Position numbers and translations under genes: made by a program. The notes under the pieces are model-generated. The model made no database searches, had not been told where the DNA came from, and saw only the letters and a list, made by a program, of their open reading frames with translations. A stretch of 64,000 nucleotides of DNA from the human T2T-CHM13v2.0 reference genome, Homo sapiens. The stretch lies in the NCBI RefSeq assembly GCF_009914755.1, contig NC_060947.1; one strand, 5' to 3'. Below, piece by piece: positions 38,384-52,861 of the stretch. Position 1 is the stretch's first letter; every line of letters starts with the position of its first letter.

Positions 38384-41300
38384 GTGACGTCAGCAAGATG
38401 GCTGACTGGAGTTACCTGGTACCCGTCACTCCCACAAAGATGAATTAAAACAATGAATAAACAACTGTATTTTGACTAGAGTGACTGAGGAAGTACACTG
38501 GAGAGCCCCAGGGGAGCAGGGAAATCCTTGTGAAGCATGGAAGCCCTTGATAACACCACAGAGAGGGGAGCGAGGCATCCTGACTCTGCCACAAAGTCTC
38601 CCCTTCCTGAATGAGCTCAGAGTCAGGGGAGACATTTTCTTATAGAGAAAAAGCAAGACAGAGATCCCCATCAGTCCCCACTGCTGCCACATACACCAGC
38701 CATCCTTGCTATCTAAAAGTTCCTTGGTCCTCACAGGCCCCAAATCCAGTTTGGAGAGCAGCTGGAAGTACATATAGCTACACTGACTTAGAGTAGAAAC
38801 CCACCTTGAGCATCTTCCAACCCTAAGACTAAGCACCTATGGTTTGGGGCAATCTTGAAATTGGACCCACTGCTAGGCATCCTGCACCACCATCATGACA
38901 AACTCCTACAGCCTAGGCTACTGAGGCAATAACAGACATCACTAATTCGGATTACAACTGAAAAAGCACAGGGATCACACTAATGAATCTACTCAGAAAA
39001 AAAAGCCAACGTCCCATACCCAAACAACACCCTAGGGAGTCATCTACAGGCAAAAGTCTCTCTCTATAAAAGTTACTCTATAAAATTAGAAAAAGCTACT
39101 ATTCCACTAGATGTGCAGAGATCAATGTAGGGACATAAAGACATGAAGCAAGAAAACATGACACCCCGAAATGAATACAATTAGTCTCTAGTGACAGACC
39201 CCAAAGGAAAGGACATATATAAAATGCCTGAAAGGATCAATTCAACAAGAGGATATAACAATTGTAAATACATATGTGCCCAACAATGAAGCACCCAAAT
39301 ATATAAAGCAAATAATATTATTAGACATAAAGGGAGAGACAGATGCAAAACAATAAAAGTAGGGCACTTCAACACCCCTCTTTCAACAATGGGCTGATCA
39401 TCTAGATAAAAAAATTAACACAAACAGCAGACTTAAACTGCACCACAGACCAAATGGCCCTAACAAACATTTACAAAACACTCCATCTAACAGCTGCAGA
39501 ATACACTTTCTTCTCAACTACATGTGAAACATTTTCCAGGTAGATCACATGTTAGACCACAAAACAATTTTTAACAAATTTAAGAATATAGAGATCATAT
39601 CAAGTATCTTTTCTGACCACAATGGTATGAATCTAGAAGTCAACAATTAGAAAAACTTTGGAAACTTTACAAGTATGTGAACATTAAACATGTTTCTAAA
39701 CAACCAAGAGTCAATGATGAAATTGAAAGGGAAATTAAAAATTTCCTTGAGAGAAATGAGAATGGAAACATATCAAACCTATGTGATCTAGGATCTAAAG
39801 TTTATAGCAACAAATGTCTACACCAAAAAATAAAGATATATAATAACCTAACAATATTGCACAAGAAACAAGGAAAACAAGAGCAAACTAACCTAAAATT
39901 AGTAGAAGGAAGGAAATAATAAAGCTCAAAGCAGAAATAAACAAAATGGAGACTAAAAACCAATTCAAAAAATCAACAAAATAGAGTTGGCTTATTGAAA
40001 AGATAAATAAAATGGACAAACCTTTAGCTAGACTAAGAAAAAAGTAAGAAGGCTGAAATAAATACAACCAGAGATGAAAAAGGAGACATTACAACTGATA
40101 CCACAAAAGACAAAGATCATAAGAGACTATTATGAATAGCTATATACCAACAAATTTAATAACATAGAAGAAGTGGATAAATTCCTGAACATACAGTGTA
40201 CCGAGATTAAATTATGAAAATATAGAAAATCTGAACAGACCAACAACAAGTGAGGAAATTGAATCAGTAATAAAAAGTCTTCCATCAAAGAAAAGCCCAG
40301 GACCTGATTGATGGCTTCCATGCTGAATTCTACCAAACATTTAAAGAAGAATGAATACCAATTCTTTTTTAAATACTCCAGAAAATTGAGAAGGAGGGAA
40401 TACTTCCAAACCCATTTTATGAGATCAGTATTAGTCTAATTCCAAAAACAAATAAGAACACAACAAAAATAACAAAATTACAGGTCAATATCCCTGATGA
40501 ACATAGATGCAAACATTCTCAGTGAGATACTAGCAAACCAAATCCAACAGTGCATTAAAAAGATCATTCACCATAATCAAGTGGGATTCATGCCAGATAT
40601 TCAGGGATGATTTAACATACGCAAATAAAAAAATTTGATCCACCGTATTAACAAAACGACAAAAAGCATATGATCATTTCAAAAGATGAAGAAAAAGCAT
40701 TGACAGAATTCAACAACCATTCATGATTAAAAATAAATCTCTAAAAATTAGATATAGAAGGTATCTACCTCAACACAACAAAGGCCATATATAACAAACC
40801 TATAGCTAACATCATACTCAATGGTGAAAAGCTGAAATCTTTTTCTGTAAGATCAGAAACAAGTCAAGGATACCCACTTTCACCATTTCTATTCAACTCA
40901 GTACTGAAGTCCTAGCCAGAGCAATTAGGCAAAAGTAAGAAATAAAAGGCATCCAAATTGGAAAGGAGAATATCAAATTGTTCCTGTTTGTAGACAATGT
41001 GATCTTATATATAGAAAACTGTAAATACATCAGCAAAAAAAGAAAAAAAACCTTTTAGAACTAATAAATGAATTAAGTAAAGTTGCAGGATACAAAATCA
41101 ACATACAAAAATCTGCAGCATTTATATATGCTATAGTGAACTATCCGAAAAAGAAATTTAAAAACCAGTTCCATTTATAATAGCTACTAAAAATAAGATA
41201 CCTAGGAATAAACTTAACCAAGGAGGTAAAAGATCTCAACACTGAAAACTATAAAACTTTGATGAAAGAAATGGAAGAGAATACAAATAAATGGAAAGAT

Positions 41301-43355
41301 ATCCCATTTTTATGAATTTTAAAAAACTTATATTGTTAAAATGGCCATATTACCAAAGAGAGCTACAGTTTTAGTGCAATCCCTATGAAAATTCCAGTGT
41401 CACTTCTTGTAGATATAGAAAAAGCAATCCTAAAGTTGATATTGAACCACAAAATACACAAATAAAGCTGGGGGTATCACACTATCTGACTTCAAAATAC
41501 ACTACAAATTATCACGTGTACTCCATAAATATTTGCAATTATTATGTATACATAAATATAAGAATATATAATACAAAACTATACTGACCAAAAGAGCATG
41601 GTGTGGGCATAAAAAAAGACACAAAGACTAAGGGAACAGAATAGAGAGCCCAGAAATAAATTCACACATATACAGCCAACTGATTTTTGTGGAAAAAGTC
41701 TATTTAATAAGTGGTTCTGGGAAAATTAAATATCCACACACAGAAGAATGAGACTAGACACCTACCTCTCAGTATATACAAAAATCAACTCAACATAGAT
41801 TAAAGACTTAAATGTAAAACCTGAAACTATGAAACTACTAGAAGAAAAATAGGATAAATACTTCATGATATTGGGCTGGGCAAGGATTTTTTAAATAAGA
41901 CCTCAAAAGCACAGGCAAAAAAAGCAAAAACAAACAAATGCTGTTATATCGAACTAAAAAGCTTTTGCACAGTGAAAGAAACTATTAACAAGGTGAAAAG
42001 ACAACCTACACAATGGAAGAAAATATTTCCAAACTATACATCTGACAAAAGATTACTATTCAGAATATATAAGGAACTTATACAATTCAACAGCAAGAAA
42101 ACAAATAACCTAATTTAAAAATGGACAAAAGACCTTAATAGACATTTCTCAAAAGAAGACATACAAATAGTCAACAGATATGTGAAAAAATGCTCAATAT
42201 CACCAATCATCAGGGAAATGCCAATCAAAACCACAATGAGATACCACCTTAGTTGACTATTATCAAAAAGACAAAAGAAAACAAGTGTTGATGAGGATGT
42301 GCAGAAAAAGAAACTTAGACACTATTGGTGGAATTGTTTACTATCACAGCCATTGTGGAAAACAGTATGGTGGTTCCTTAACAAACTAAAAATAGAACTA
42401 CTATATGATCCCACAATCCCACCACTGGGTATATATTCAATAGAAATGAAATCTGTATGTCAGAGAGATCGTGGCACTCCCATGGTTACTGCAGCACTAT
42501 TTTCAATAGCCAAGATATGGAGTCAACCTCAGTTTCAATAAATGGATGAACAGATAAAGAAAATGTGGCAAACAGACCGGGCGTTGTGGCTCACACCTGT
42601 AATCCCAGCATTTTGGGAGGCCAAGGTGGGAGAATCACTTGAGCCTAACCTTGAATTCCTATTCAAGGTTATAGTGAGCTATGTTCATCCCACTGCACTC
42701 CAGCCTGGGAGACAGGTCTCAAGAAAGAGAGAAAAAGGAAAGGGAAAGGGAAAAGGAAAAAAGTAAGAGAGAGAAAGAAAGAAAAGAGAAAGGGAGAGAA
42801 AGAAAGAGAGCAAAAGAAAAAAAGAAAATGTGGTATATATACACAATGTAATACTATTTTGCGATAAAAAAAGAAATCCTGTCATTTGTGGCAAGATGGA
42901 CAGATCCAGGGGTTGTCGTGTTAAGTAAAATAAGCCAGGCGTAGAAAGACAAATACTCCATGATCTCACTCACATATGGAAACTTTAATAATGTTGATAT
43001 CATAGAAGCAGAGAGTACAACAGTGGTTACCAGAGACTGGGGAGGGAAAGAGGAAGAGGTGTAAAGGGGGAGGTTGATCAATGGGTACAAAGTTACAATT
43101 AGATAAGAGGAATAAATTCTGCTGTTCTATTGCACAGTAGAGTGACTGGCTAACAGTAAAATATTACATATCACAAAGTAACTAGAAAGGAAGCTTTTGA
43201 ATGTTCTCACCACAAAGAAATGATAAATGCATGAGGTAATACACTACCATAATTCGATTACTATACACATAGATATGTGTTGAAGCATTAAATTGTACCC
43301 CATAAATATGTACAGTTACAATGTGTCCATTAAATACATTAAATAAAAATTAAAC
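38384..43355 (+). mobile_element. L1MA5-like element with both ends present but an internal deletion
   Basis: 5' end 'gacgtcagcaagatggctgac', degenerate ORF2, L1MA 3'UTR and A tail. TSD aatactctttcca (38371-38383) / aatactcttttca (43356-43368). Confidence 0.9.
42576..42822 (+). mobile_element. Free Alu monomer (FRAM/AluJ-type) with GA-rich tail, nested in L1
   Basis: 'gaccgggcgttgtggctcacacctgtaatcccagc...gcactccagcctggg'. TSD aaagaaaatgtgg flanking. Confidence 0.85.
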
Positions 43356-43539
43356 AATACTCTTTTCACCTTTGAAACTGTATGTACACCTTTTACAAGG
43401 TATAATGTTTCAGAATTAGACTGAAAAATAGGAAGATATAATGAGCTATCATTCTAGATCCCCTTTGTTCTTTTTCTGTAATAAAATAATTATCATTTCT
43501 GGGGAAAATAAGTTGTCATACCTAAAAAGCCTGGGAACA

Positions 43540-43740
43540 TGATAATCTAGTTGAAAAGCATAAAGACTGGAATCAGATACACCTGGGTTTAATCTGCCAT
43601 TCACAGGCTATGTAACTCTAGAGGAGTTGCTTAGCCTCTGAGACTCATTTCCTGATTTGTAAATTGGGATGTTACAGGATTTTATTGGATTGAAGTAAAA
43701 TATTCCGAGCCTAGTGCCTATTACATAGTAGGCTTGAAAT
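43540..43740. mobile_element. MIR remnant
   Basis: 'gactggaatcagatacacctgggttt...ttgcttagcctctgagactcatttcctgatttgtaaattgggat'. Confidence 0.7.
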
Positions 43741-44875
43741 AGTTGTTCACCTGCCCTCTCAGCACTCCCAGAAAACATTCTTCTGTTATAGAGTATGAGT
43801 GAGGGAGCTGAATGTAAAAGTAGAGAGTTGATATAAACTCTTGGACACTCTGGTTCAGTGTGTTATGTTCCCTTAAACTCTTAATTATGTCTTTCCCTTT
43901 AGAGCTTTAACTTTGTTGTATATATATAAAAAAAAACTCTGTTGCATTGCATTCATATTTTGTGACTTATTTTGACTGCTATTAACCTGTCAAGTATTTG
44001 TTCTTCTTTAAATTTATATTTTAAAGGGTATGTTACATTCTTTCTCATGATTTTATCAGAGCTTGAAAGCAAAATCTTATTTTGAAGAAGACATTGTCAA
44101 TGTTATATTGAAGCCAATAAAAAAATTGGATATGCAGGAAAAATATTGCTTCACAGGTAAATTTTAATGTTTAAAATATGACATTTTCAGTCTCTATCTG
44201 CATTGTTTATCTCAGAATATTCAGAATATGATGAGTGGCTGAAAGTGAATCTGAATTCTCTCCTACTCCTGGGCAGTAATAAGCCTATAACTTTAGAAAT
44301 GTAATGAGGAACCCAAACTAAAAAAGAAACAAAGATTTTTCACTTTAGTTTTGTGCGGATTTTCAGAAAGAAGCAAAAGAAATTTGCAGATTTGGCTCTT
44401 GAGCAAGTTACATTTAACATGTTGGTATGAGAACAAATGTGACAATTAAAAACAACCAAATGGTTACCTAGTTTAGAGAGCAGAGAGGGAAAAAATAGAA
44501 AGTAACACCTTCTGTGGAAGTAAAAGAACAAATGGCAATGCTAGAAATGGAATTGCATCAATATAGTTCTTTTTCCAATATAAAATGCCTTGGAAACTTA
44601 CAGCAAATAATACAAACTTGACAGAATATGTTCTCAGATTTACTTTCTATATCTTATAAAAAGACTAACAGGCAGTTCAAGCATCGTGTGCACCTTGGCT
44701 TTTCTTTTTTATCTCTTAGCCAGTTGGCTTGCTATTGTCCCTTTCCTACTTTCACCACTTCCTCCACTGTGCAGTACTTACCCTTGCTCTTAACAAATAC
44801 AGATTGTACTCATGAGAAAACATATTGCTCTGAACATACCATAAAACAACAAATTTTAGCCCAGCTTTTCTTTTC

Positions 44876-45056
44876 CAGTGTTCTACAAATTGTGGCCTAA
44901 GAAATATCTGCAGCAGAATTACCTGGTGTATTCATTAATTCTTAGGCTCCACGCTAGACCTAGTAAATCAGAATCTCTGAGGATAGGGCCTGGCAATCCA
45001 CAAATTAAACATACTTTCCTAGTGATTACACTCAAGTTGGAGAACCACATCACCCA
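44876..45056. mobile_element. MER5A-like hAT-Charlie element
   Basis: 'cagtgttctacaaattgtgg...cagcagaattacctgg...aaatcagaatctctg...aagttggagaaccac'. Confidence 0.7.
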
Positions 45057-45534
45057 ATGATCATTTATTTAAACTTAACATGATTCAAATTACTGAGACT
45101 TCCCTCTTCCAAAGACACTCTTTTAACCACAAGAGGGACAGATGAGAAGAGTAGAAAGCCCGGGGCTACATGCTGGAAGACAAGAGACCAACTCCTGCTT
45201 CTAACACTTCATGAGCATATGATCGGGCTTTCAGCCTCCTCATCTGTAAGACAGGAGAAAACCACCTGCCCAAGCCATCTCAGAGGGCTGAAGAGAAAAC
45301 AAAATGTAATGGAAAGTGTTTTGAAAACTGTAAATTTCTACGCAAGTCTGAAGTCTTGTCATATTATTTTGATGATACCTAAGACGATTTTCTGAAAACT
45401 GCCTCAGAATAAAGAGAGCGTTTAGAAAAAGAAGGAAGGGTGTGTTTTTTAGATAAGGGGTTAAGACTATGTAAAGAATTATTAGCATAAAGTTTTCCCA
45501 GATGACTTCTATCTACTTCCATTAAATCTGGTAA

Positions 45535-45900
45535 CTAATTCATTCATGCCATTTGTGCCATGTACCACACTAGCTGCTAAAGATGCAGTGAAGAAAATGA
45601 TATTATCACCCTGGATCACAACTATACATGGGGAGACAGACACACGATTCATTATAGAACAATGTGACTACTAATACGCAAAATGCTAGGAAGCAAATAG
45701 GCAGGAAGATCAGGAGGGATTTGTGAATGGTTTCATTGAGGAGGATATATTTGTGTTGTGCCTTAAAGGATGTGTAGAGGTTCACTAGTCCTTTAAAAGA
45801 GGAAGGATCTTCAGGAAGAAGGGACAGTATCAGAAAAGGCATCTATGTCTAAAAGTGCAGAGTGGGTTTGGGGAGCATGAGGAATAATCTGGACAGGTGA
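45535..45900 (-). mobile_element. L2 remnant
   Basis: 'attcattcat...tgtgccatgtaccacactagctgctaaagatgcagtgaag...ccttaaaggatgtgtagagg'. Confidence 0.6.
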
Positions 45901-46033
45901 AGCACAAGGAATTTCGCAGACACAGATGGCTTCATGACTTGCTCTTCTGCTAATTAACTGTGTGATTCCCTAGTTTATTCTTTGTTAAATGGAGACAAAA
46001 AGAACTTGCAGAATTGTTTTGAGGAATAAGTAT

Positions 46034-46423
46034 TGTGTAGGCCATTCTTGCATTGCTATAAAGGAATACCTGAGACTGGATAATTTATAAGGAAAAGAGG
46101 TTTAGTTGGCTCACAGTTCTGCAGGCTGTAGAGCAAGCATGGTGCCAGCCTTTGCTCGGCTTCTGCAGAGGCCTCAGGAAGCTTTTACTCATGGCAGAAG
46201 GTGAAGTGGCACATCCCATCAGAGCAGAAACAAGAGGTTGGGGTGGGGGGTGAGGTGCCAGACACCTTTAAACAACCAGATCTTGCAAGAACTTACTATC
46301 ATGAGGACAGCACATGATCCACACAACCATGATCCAATCACCTCCCACCAGGCCCCACCTCCAACAATGGTGATTACAATTCAACATGAGATTTGAGTGG
46401 AATCCCAGATCCAAACCATATCA
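46034..46423 (-). mobile_element. ERVL-MaLR solo LTR (MSTB/MSTA-like)
   Basis: 'tgtgtaggccattcttgcattgctataaaggaatacctgagactgg...atccaaaccatatca'. Perfect TSD agtat (46029-46033 / 46424-46428). Confidence 0.92.
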
Positions 46424-46944
46424 AGTATAAAACAGTAGTAGGCATTCAATAATCACTACTAGTAGTAGAAATTCAACATTCTAATAATGATTGAGAGTCT
46501 ATCTAAATAGTGTAAAAGAAAAAGAAATAGGTGAAAAGTCACTGGTTCTCAAGCCCTGAACACATGGACTGGAAACAAACAATACGTGTTCAGGACTACA
46601 GGTGTGTTATGGATTTCACAGCTGAAATAAATATAATTATTGAAGATCAGAGCATTTGAAATAACAGCATTAGAAACACTGAGCACTAGCATATGCCCAA
46701 AGACTTGCTATTACCACGTTTTCAGCCTACCACCAGCAGGAAATCTGACTCAACATTTACGCATATAACAGTAAGAGTCTATATGCCTTTATTGCTTATT
46801 TGCTCAATCCATTTATTGAACTCCCATTATGTTCCAGGCACTGGAAGTACGATAGTGAATAAAACAGTAACCGTATCTGCCATCATGGTGTTATTAAATC
46901 CATACACATAATAAACAGTCATTTCAAAAACATTTTAGTTTGAT

Positions 46945-47200
46945 TAGTAGGGTATGATAATGTTTTGGAACACTAACTTTGGCATGAAACAGAGATGTAC
47001 TTGAATTCTGTCACCACCACTTTTCAGCTATGTGACCTAGGGAAAGTGTACAGTCTGTTCTAGGACTAAATTTCTGCATGTGAAAACTGAATACTTAGCT
47101 CATGTGGTTTTTTTGTGAGGATTAAATGAAGCACTTCATGGGAAATACTTAGCATAATATTAGCATGTATATAGTAAGCATTCCATAAATATTAGCTATT
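46945..47200. mobile_element. MIR remnant
   Basis: 'ttgaattctgtcaccaccacttttcagctatgtgacctagggaaag...gtgaggattaaatga'. Confidence 0.7.
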
Positions 47201-49114
47201 CATTTTGGATACAATTCTTTCTATAAAGACTCCACCTAGACATCTCTTTTGGGCACTGGAACAGGCTAGAAAATTTGAATGATTATTTTGTGGAAAAACA
47301 ACTGAAAATGTTGGCTAAAATATATGTAATTAAGTATTTCTATTTGCAAAGCTTTACTGGCAAGAAAGAAAGAAAAATCCTTAAAGGTCAAAAATGAAGG
47401 TAAAGCAAAAATCTAGAAAAGTAAGTACAAAAGCTAGCTTTCACTCTGGAATCATCTATAATCCCTGGTGACCTTGAGCATCAATGTTTATGACCATTTG
47501 TCTCACAGACCTTGGATATGAAGCCTAATACCTATCAAAGGAGGGAAAATCCGTAGGAGACTGTGGCAGAAAACTTAGATGTTACTGTAAGGGTTTAAGA
47601 CATTCATTATAAGGATAAGCTAAAAAATTCCACCCCACTGAAAAGGGCAGAAAGGAAATGCCTATCTTAGTCTCAGCACAGGGTTGAGTAGAAAAAAAAA
47701 AAAAAAAAAAAGTCCTTCCTTAGAATTTTTAAATAAAACATGGACCTCGGGCAAGTTTGGAGTCCTAAGCAGCTATTGTAATCTGCCATTTTGAGAGCCC
47801 ACACACCAACACATTGCACCCTGCCCTAGGACTCAAGAGCATGAGCGTCTCCACATCCCTGGAGCCCCACTGGCATTGCCTACCCCGAGCAACCACCATG
47901 GCTGGCTGCTATTGCTGGGGACAAAACAGGGACCACTGGCTGCAACCCCACATCCTCCAGCAACAAAACCACCATGCATTTTCATGCACCCAGACAGATT
48001 TCCTGCCCTGCAGCTGCAGTTGCTGCACCATGGGGGCTGCAGCATGAGTAAAGTGCAAGCTCCCATTACAAGGGCTGAGAAGAAAATGAAGCATGCATTC
48101 CCCACCTTCCTGCAGAATGGGTGGGCCCACTCATCCTGCTGCTACCACAATAGCTGGTACCTACCTGCACATGCCACCTACAAGCTTTGAGACTGGTCCA
48201 CTCAGCACATTGTAACCACTGCAATACCTGCATGAACTTCTCGGGACCCAGAGAGTTTTCCTGCCACTGGTACTGTCATAGCCCTTGCCATACCTGCTGC
48301 CCAGGGGCCTAAGAACCTGCACACCCATCAGGCCTACTGCTGTCACTATTAGCATCTGAGCAATCCACTTAGAGGACCAAGAATCAGCCAACGTGGTCCT
48401 ACTAACACTGGCACCAGAGTACAACATCCGGGGTCCAGGGACAAGCACACTCAGCCCACCAATGTCACCACTGGGACGAGAAGACTCGCCCACCTGGTGT
48501 CCCCATAACTAGCAAAACTTTACCATAGCCTCCACTAATAACCACATCCTAAATCATCAAGGAAATCACAGAAACCACTGATGCTGTTTATGGTCAAATA
48601 AATCATATAAAGATTACACTACTGCATGCCCCAAGAATCAAAGCCAAAGTGCTGTACACAACAAACAAGATAGATACATCTTTAGGAAAAAGGATATCAA
48701 CATAGACACAAGAGACATTTAAAAAAACAGGAAATATGAGACCACCAAAAGAACATAATAATTTCCCCTCAACAGTTTTCAATGGCAAAGAAATTTACAA
48801 AACTCTGAAAAATAATTCAAAATACAGAGTTTAGAGAAGTTCCATGAGATACAAAAAATGCTGGAAAACAATACAAAGAAGTCAGAAAAACAATTCAGGA
48901 TGTGAATGATAAATTTACCAAACAGATAAATATCTTAGAAAGGAAACAAATAGAAATTCTGGAATTAAGAATTCATTGAACAAAATGCAAAATATATGTG
49001 AAAATTTCAACAATAGACTAGATCAAGCAGAGGAATCCCATAACTTGAATACAGGTCTTTTGAAACAATTCAGTAAGACAAAAATGAAGAAGAGAGAATA
49101 AAAAATAATAAGCA

Positions 49115-49410
49115 GCTGGGTGTGGTAGCTCATGCCTGTAATTCCAGCACTTTGGGAAGCCAAGTCAGGTGGATTGATTTAAGCCCAGGAGTTCCAGACC
49201 AGGCTGGGCAACATGGTGAAACCCCTAAAAAATACAAAAACTAGCTGGGGGTGATGTTGCATGCCTGTAGTCTCAGCTACTCAGGAGGCTGAGGTGGAAG
49301 GACGGCTTGAGCCTGGGAAACAAAAATTCCAGTGAGCCAAGATCATGCCACTTCACTCCAGCCTGGGTAATAGAGTCAGAACCTGTCTCAATTAAAAAAA
49401 AAAAAAAAAA
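49115..49410 (+). mobile_element. AluJ-type SINE nested in L1 ORF1
   Basis: Diverged dimer ('aagcccaggagttccagaccaggctgggcaacatgg'), A tail. Degenerate TSD aataagca / aatgagca. Confidence 0.9.
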
Positions 49411-51163
49411 GAATGAGCAAAGCCTACATGACATATGGGACAATAAAAAGATAAAATATTCAACTTTTCAGAGTCCTGGAAGGCAAAGAGTAAATGGCAG
49501 GGTTACATTTAACAAAATAATAGATGAAAACTTCCCAAGTCTAGCATGAGATTTAGACATCAAGATGTAGGAAGCTCAGAGATCCCAAGTAGATATAATG
49601 CAAAAAAAGTCTTCTCACAACATATTATACTCAAGCTCAAAAGTCAAAGATGAAAATACAATTTTATAAACAACAAGAGAAAAGCATCTAGTTATTTATA
49701 AAGGAACTCACATCAGATTAACAGTGGATTTCTCAGGATAAGACTTACAGGCCAAAAGAGAATGGAATAATATATTCAAAGTGCTGAAATAAAACAACTG
49801 TCACCAAAGGGTACTCCACCCAGCACAGTTATTCTTCACAAATGAAGGAAAAATAAAGTCTTCCGCAATCAAGCAAAAGCTAAGGGAATTCATCACTAGG
49901 CTAACCCTGCCGGAAATGCTTAAGGGAATCCTACACCCAGAAGTGAAAGAATTATATCTACTACCATGAAAACAAACAAACAAAAAAACACAAAACCCAC
50001 TGGTAGAGCAAACACCAACAAGGAAAAGACTCAAATGTTAGCACTACAGAAAACTACCAAATCACAATGATTAAAAACATAGAAAATAAAAGAATAGAGT
50101 ATGTATAAAACAAGGAGAAATAATAAAATAACAAACCTCCACATATCAATAATAATCTTAAGTAAATGAATTAAACATCCCACTTAAAAGATACACACTG
50201 GCTGAATGAACAAATAAACATCACCCAATTATATTCTGCCTACAAGAAACACATGTAAAGACAAATGTAGACTGAAAGTAAAGGAGTGGAAAAAGGTATT
50301 TCATGCAAACAGAAACCAAAAGTGAGGAGTAACTACACTTATATCAGATAAAACAGACTTTAAGTCAAAAAAAGTAAAAAGAGATGAAGAAAGTCATCAT
50401 ATAACAATGAAGGAATCAATTCAGCAAAAGAATATAACAATTCTAAACATATGTGCATCCAACATCAGAGCACCCACATATATAAAGCAAATATTATTAG
50501 ATTTAAATGGAGAGATGTATTCCAGTGGAATAACAGTTGTGGACTTCAACACCCCACTCTCAGCATTAGACAGATAATCTAGAAAGAAAATTAACAAAGG
50601 AACATTGGCTTTAAATTGCACATTAGACCAAATGGACCTAACAGACATTTACAGAATATGGCATCCAACATTCACAAAATGCACAGTTTTCCTCATTATT
50701 CAAGACAGACTATATGTTAGGCCACAAAACAGTCTCAACAATTTTTTAAATATCAAAATCAAACCAAGTATCTTCTCAGATCACAATGGAATAAAACCAG
50801 ATATCAATACCAAGAGAAACTTCGGAAACTGTACAAATACATGGAAATTAAACAAAATGCTCCTGAATGACTATTGTGTCCAAAAAAAGTAAATAGAAAA
50901 TAAAAATATTTTTTGAAACATGAAAATCAAAACACAGTATCCCCAAACCTGTGGAATACAGCAATAGCAGTGCTAAGAGGGACATTTATAGCAATGAACA
51001 TCTACATTAAAAAAGTAGATTTAAAATAAACAATCTATAAATGCACCTCCAGGAACTGGAAAAGCAAGAATGAACCAAACCCAAATTTAGTAGAAGGAAA
51101 GAAATAATAAAGATCAGAGCAGGACTAAATGAAATAGACTAAAAAAATACAAAGGATCAATGA

Positions 51164-51463
<300 letters not shown>

Positions 51464-51792
51464 TTATCAATGAAACCGGAAGTTGTTTTTTGCAAAGAAG
51501 AACAAAATAAACCACTTGCTAGACAAACCCAGAAAAAAAAAATAGAAGAGACCCAAATTAGAAATGAAGGAGACATTACAACAGATATCACAAAACAAGT
51601 GGTACAAAATAAATACAACAGATTATCAGAGACTATTATGAACAACTATACACTAAAGAACTGGAAAACCTAGACAAAATGACTAAACTCCTGGACATCT
51701 GCCACATTCCCAGATTGAATCAGGAAGAAATAGAAAGCCTGAACAGAAAAATAACAAGTAATGTGATCAAAAAAGTAATACAAAGTTTCCCA

Positions 51793-52141
<349 letters not shown>

Positions 52142-52861
52142 TCATTGTCAAATTCTAACAAACTTTCAAAGAAGAACTAACACCAATTTTCCTCAAACTA
52201 TTTCAACAAATTGAAGAGAAGGAAACTTTCTCTAACTAATTCTAAAATGCCAGCCTTACCTTGACACCCAAAGCAGATAAGGACACAATGAAAAAAGAAA
52301 ACTACAGGCCAATATTACCAATGAAAATAAATGTAAAAGCCCTCAAAAAATTAATAGCAAACTATATCCAACAGCACATCAAAAAAAAATAATATAGCAT
52401 GATCAAATGAGATTTATCCCAGGGATGCACGGTTGGTTCAACATATACAAATTAACACACATGATATATCACATGAATGAAATAAATGACAAAAACAATA
52501 TGATCATCTCAAAAGAAAAAAGCATCTGATAAAATTCGACATCTCTTCATGATAAAAACCCTTAACAAACTAGCTGTAAAAGGAATATACCTCAATATAA
52601 TGAAGGCCATATCTGACAAACTGACAGCCAACATCATACTGAATGGGGAAAACTGAAATCATTTGCTCCAAGAACTAGAACAAGAGATGGATGGCCACTT
52701 CACCATTCCTATTCAACTTAGTGGTGGAAGTCCTAATCAAAGTAAACAGGCAAGAAATAAAAGGCATCCAGATTGGAAAAGAGGAAGTCAAATTGTTCCT
52801 CTTTGCTGACGATATAATCTTATATCTAGAAAACCCTAAAGACTGCACTGAGAAACTCTTA

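Noticed and set aside
44228-44254. Box C (ATGATGA) followed by box D (CTGA)
   Set aside because: Spacing is far too short for a C/D snoRNA and there is no convincing terminal stem.
47814-48493. Cluster of GC-richer ORFs
   Set aside because: They lie in the L1MA 5'UTR and show no recognisable protein similarity.
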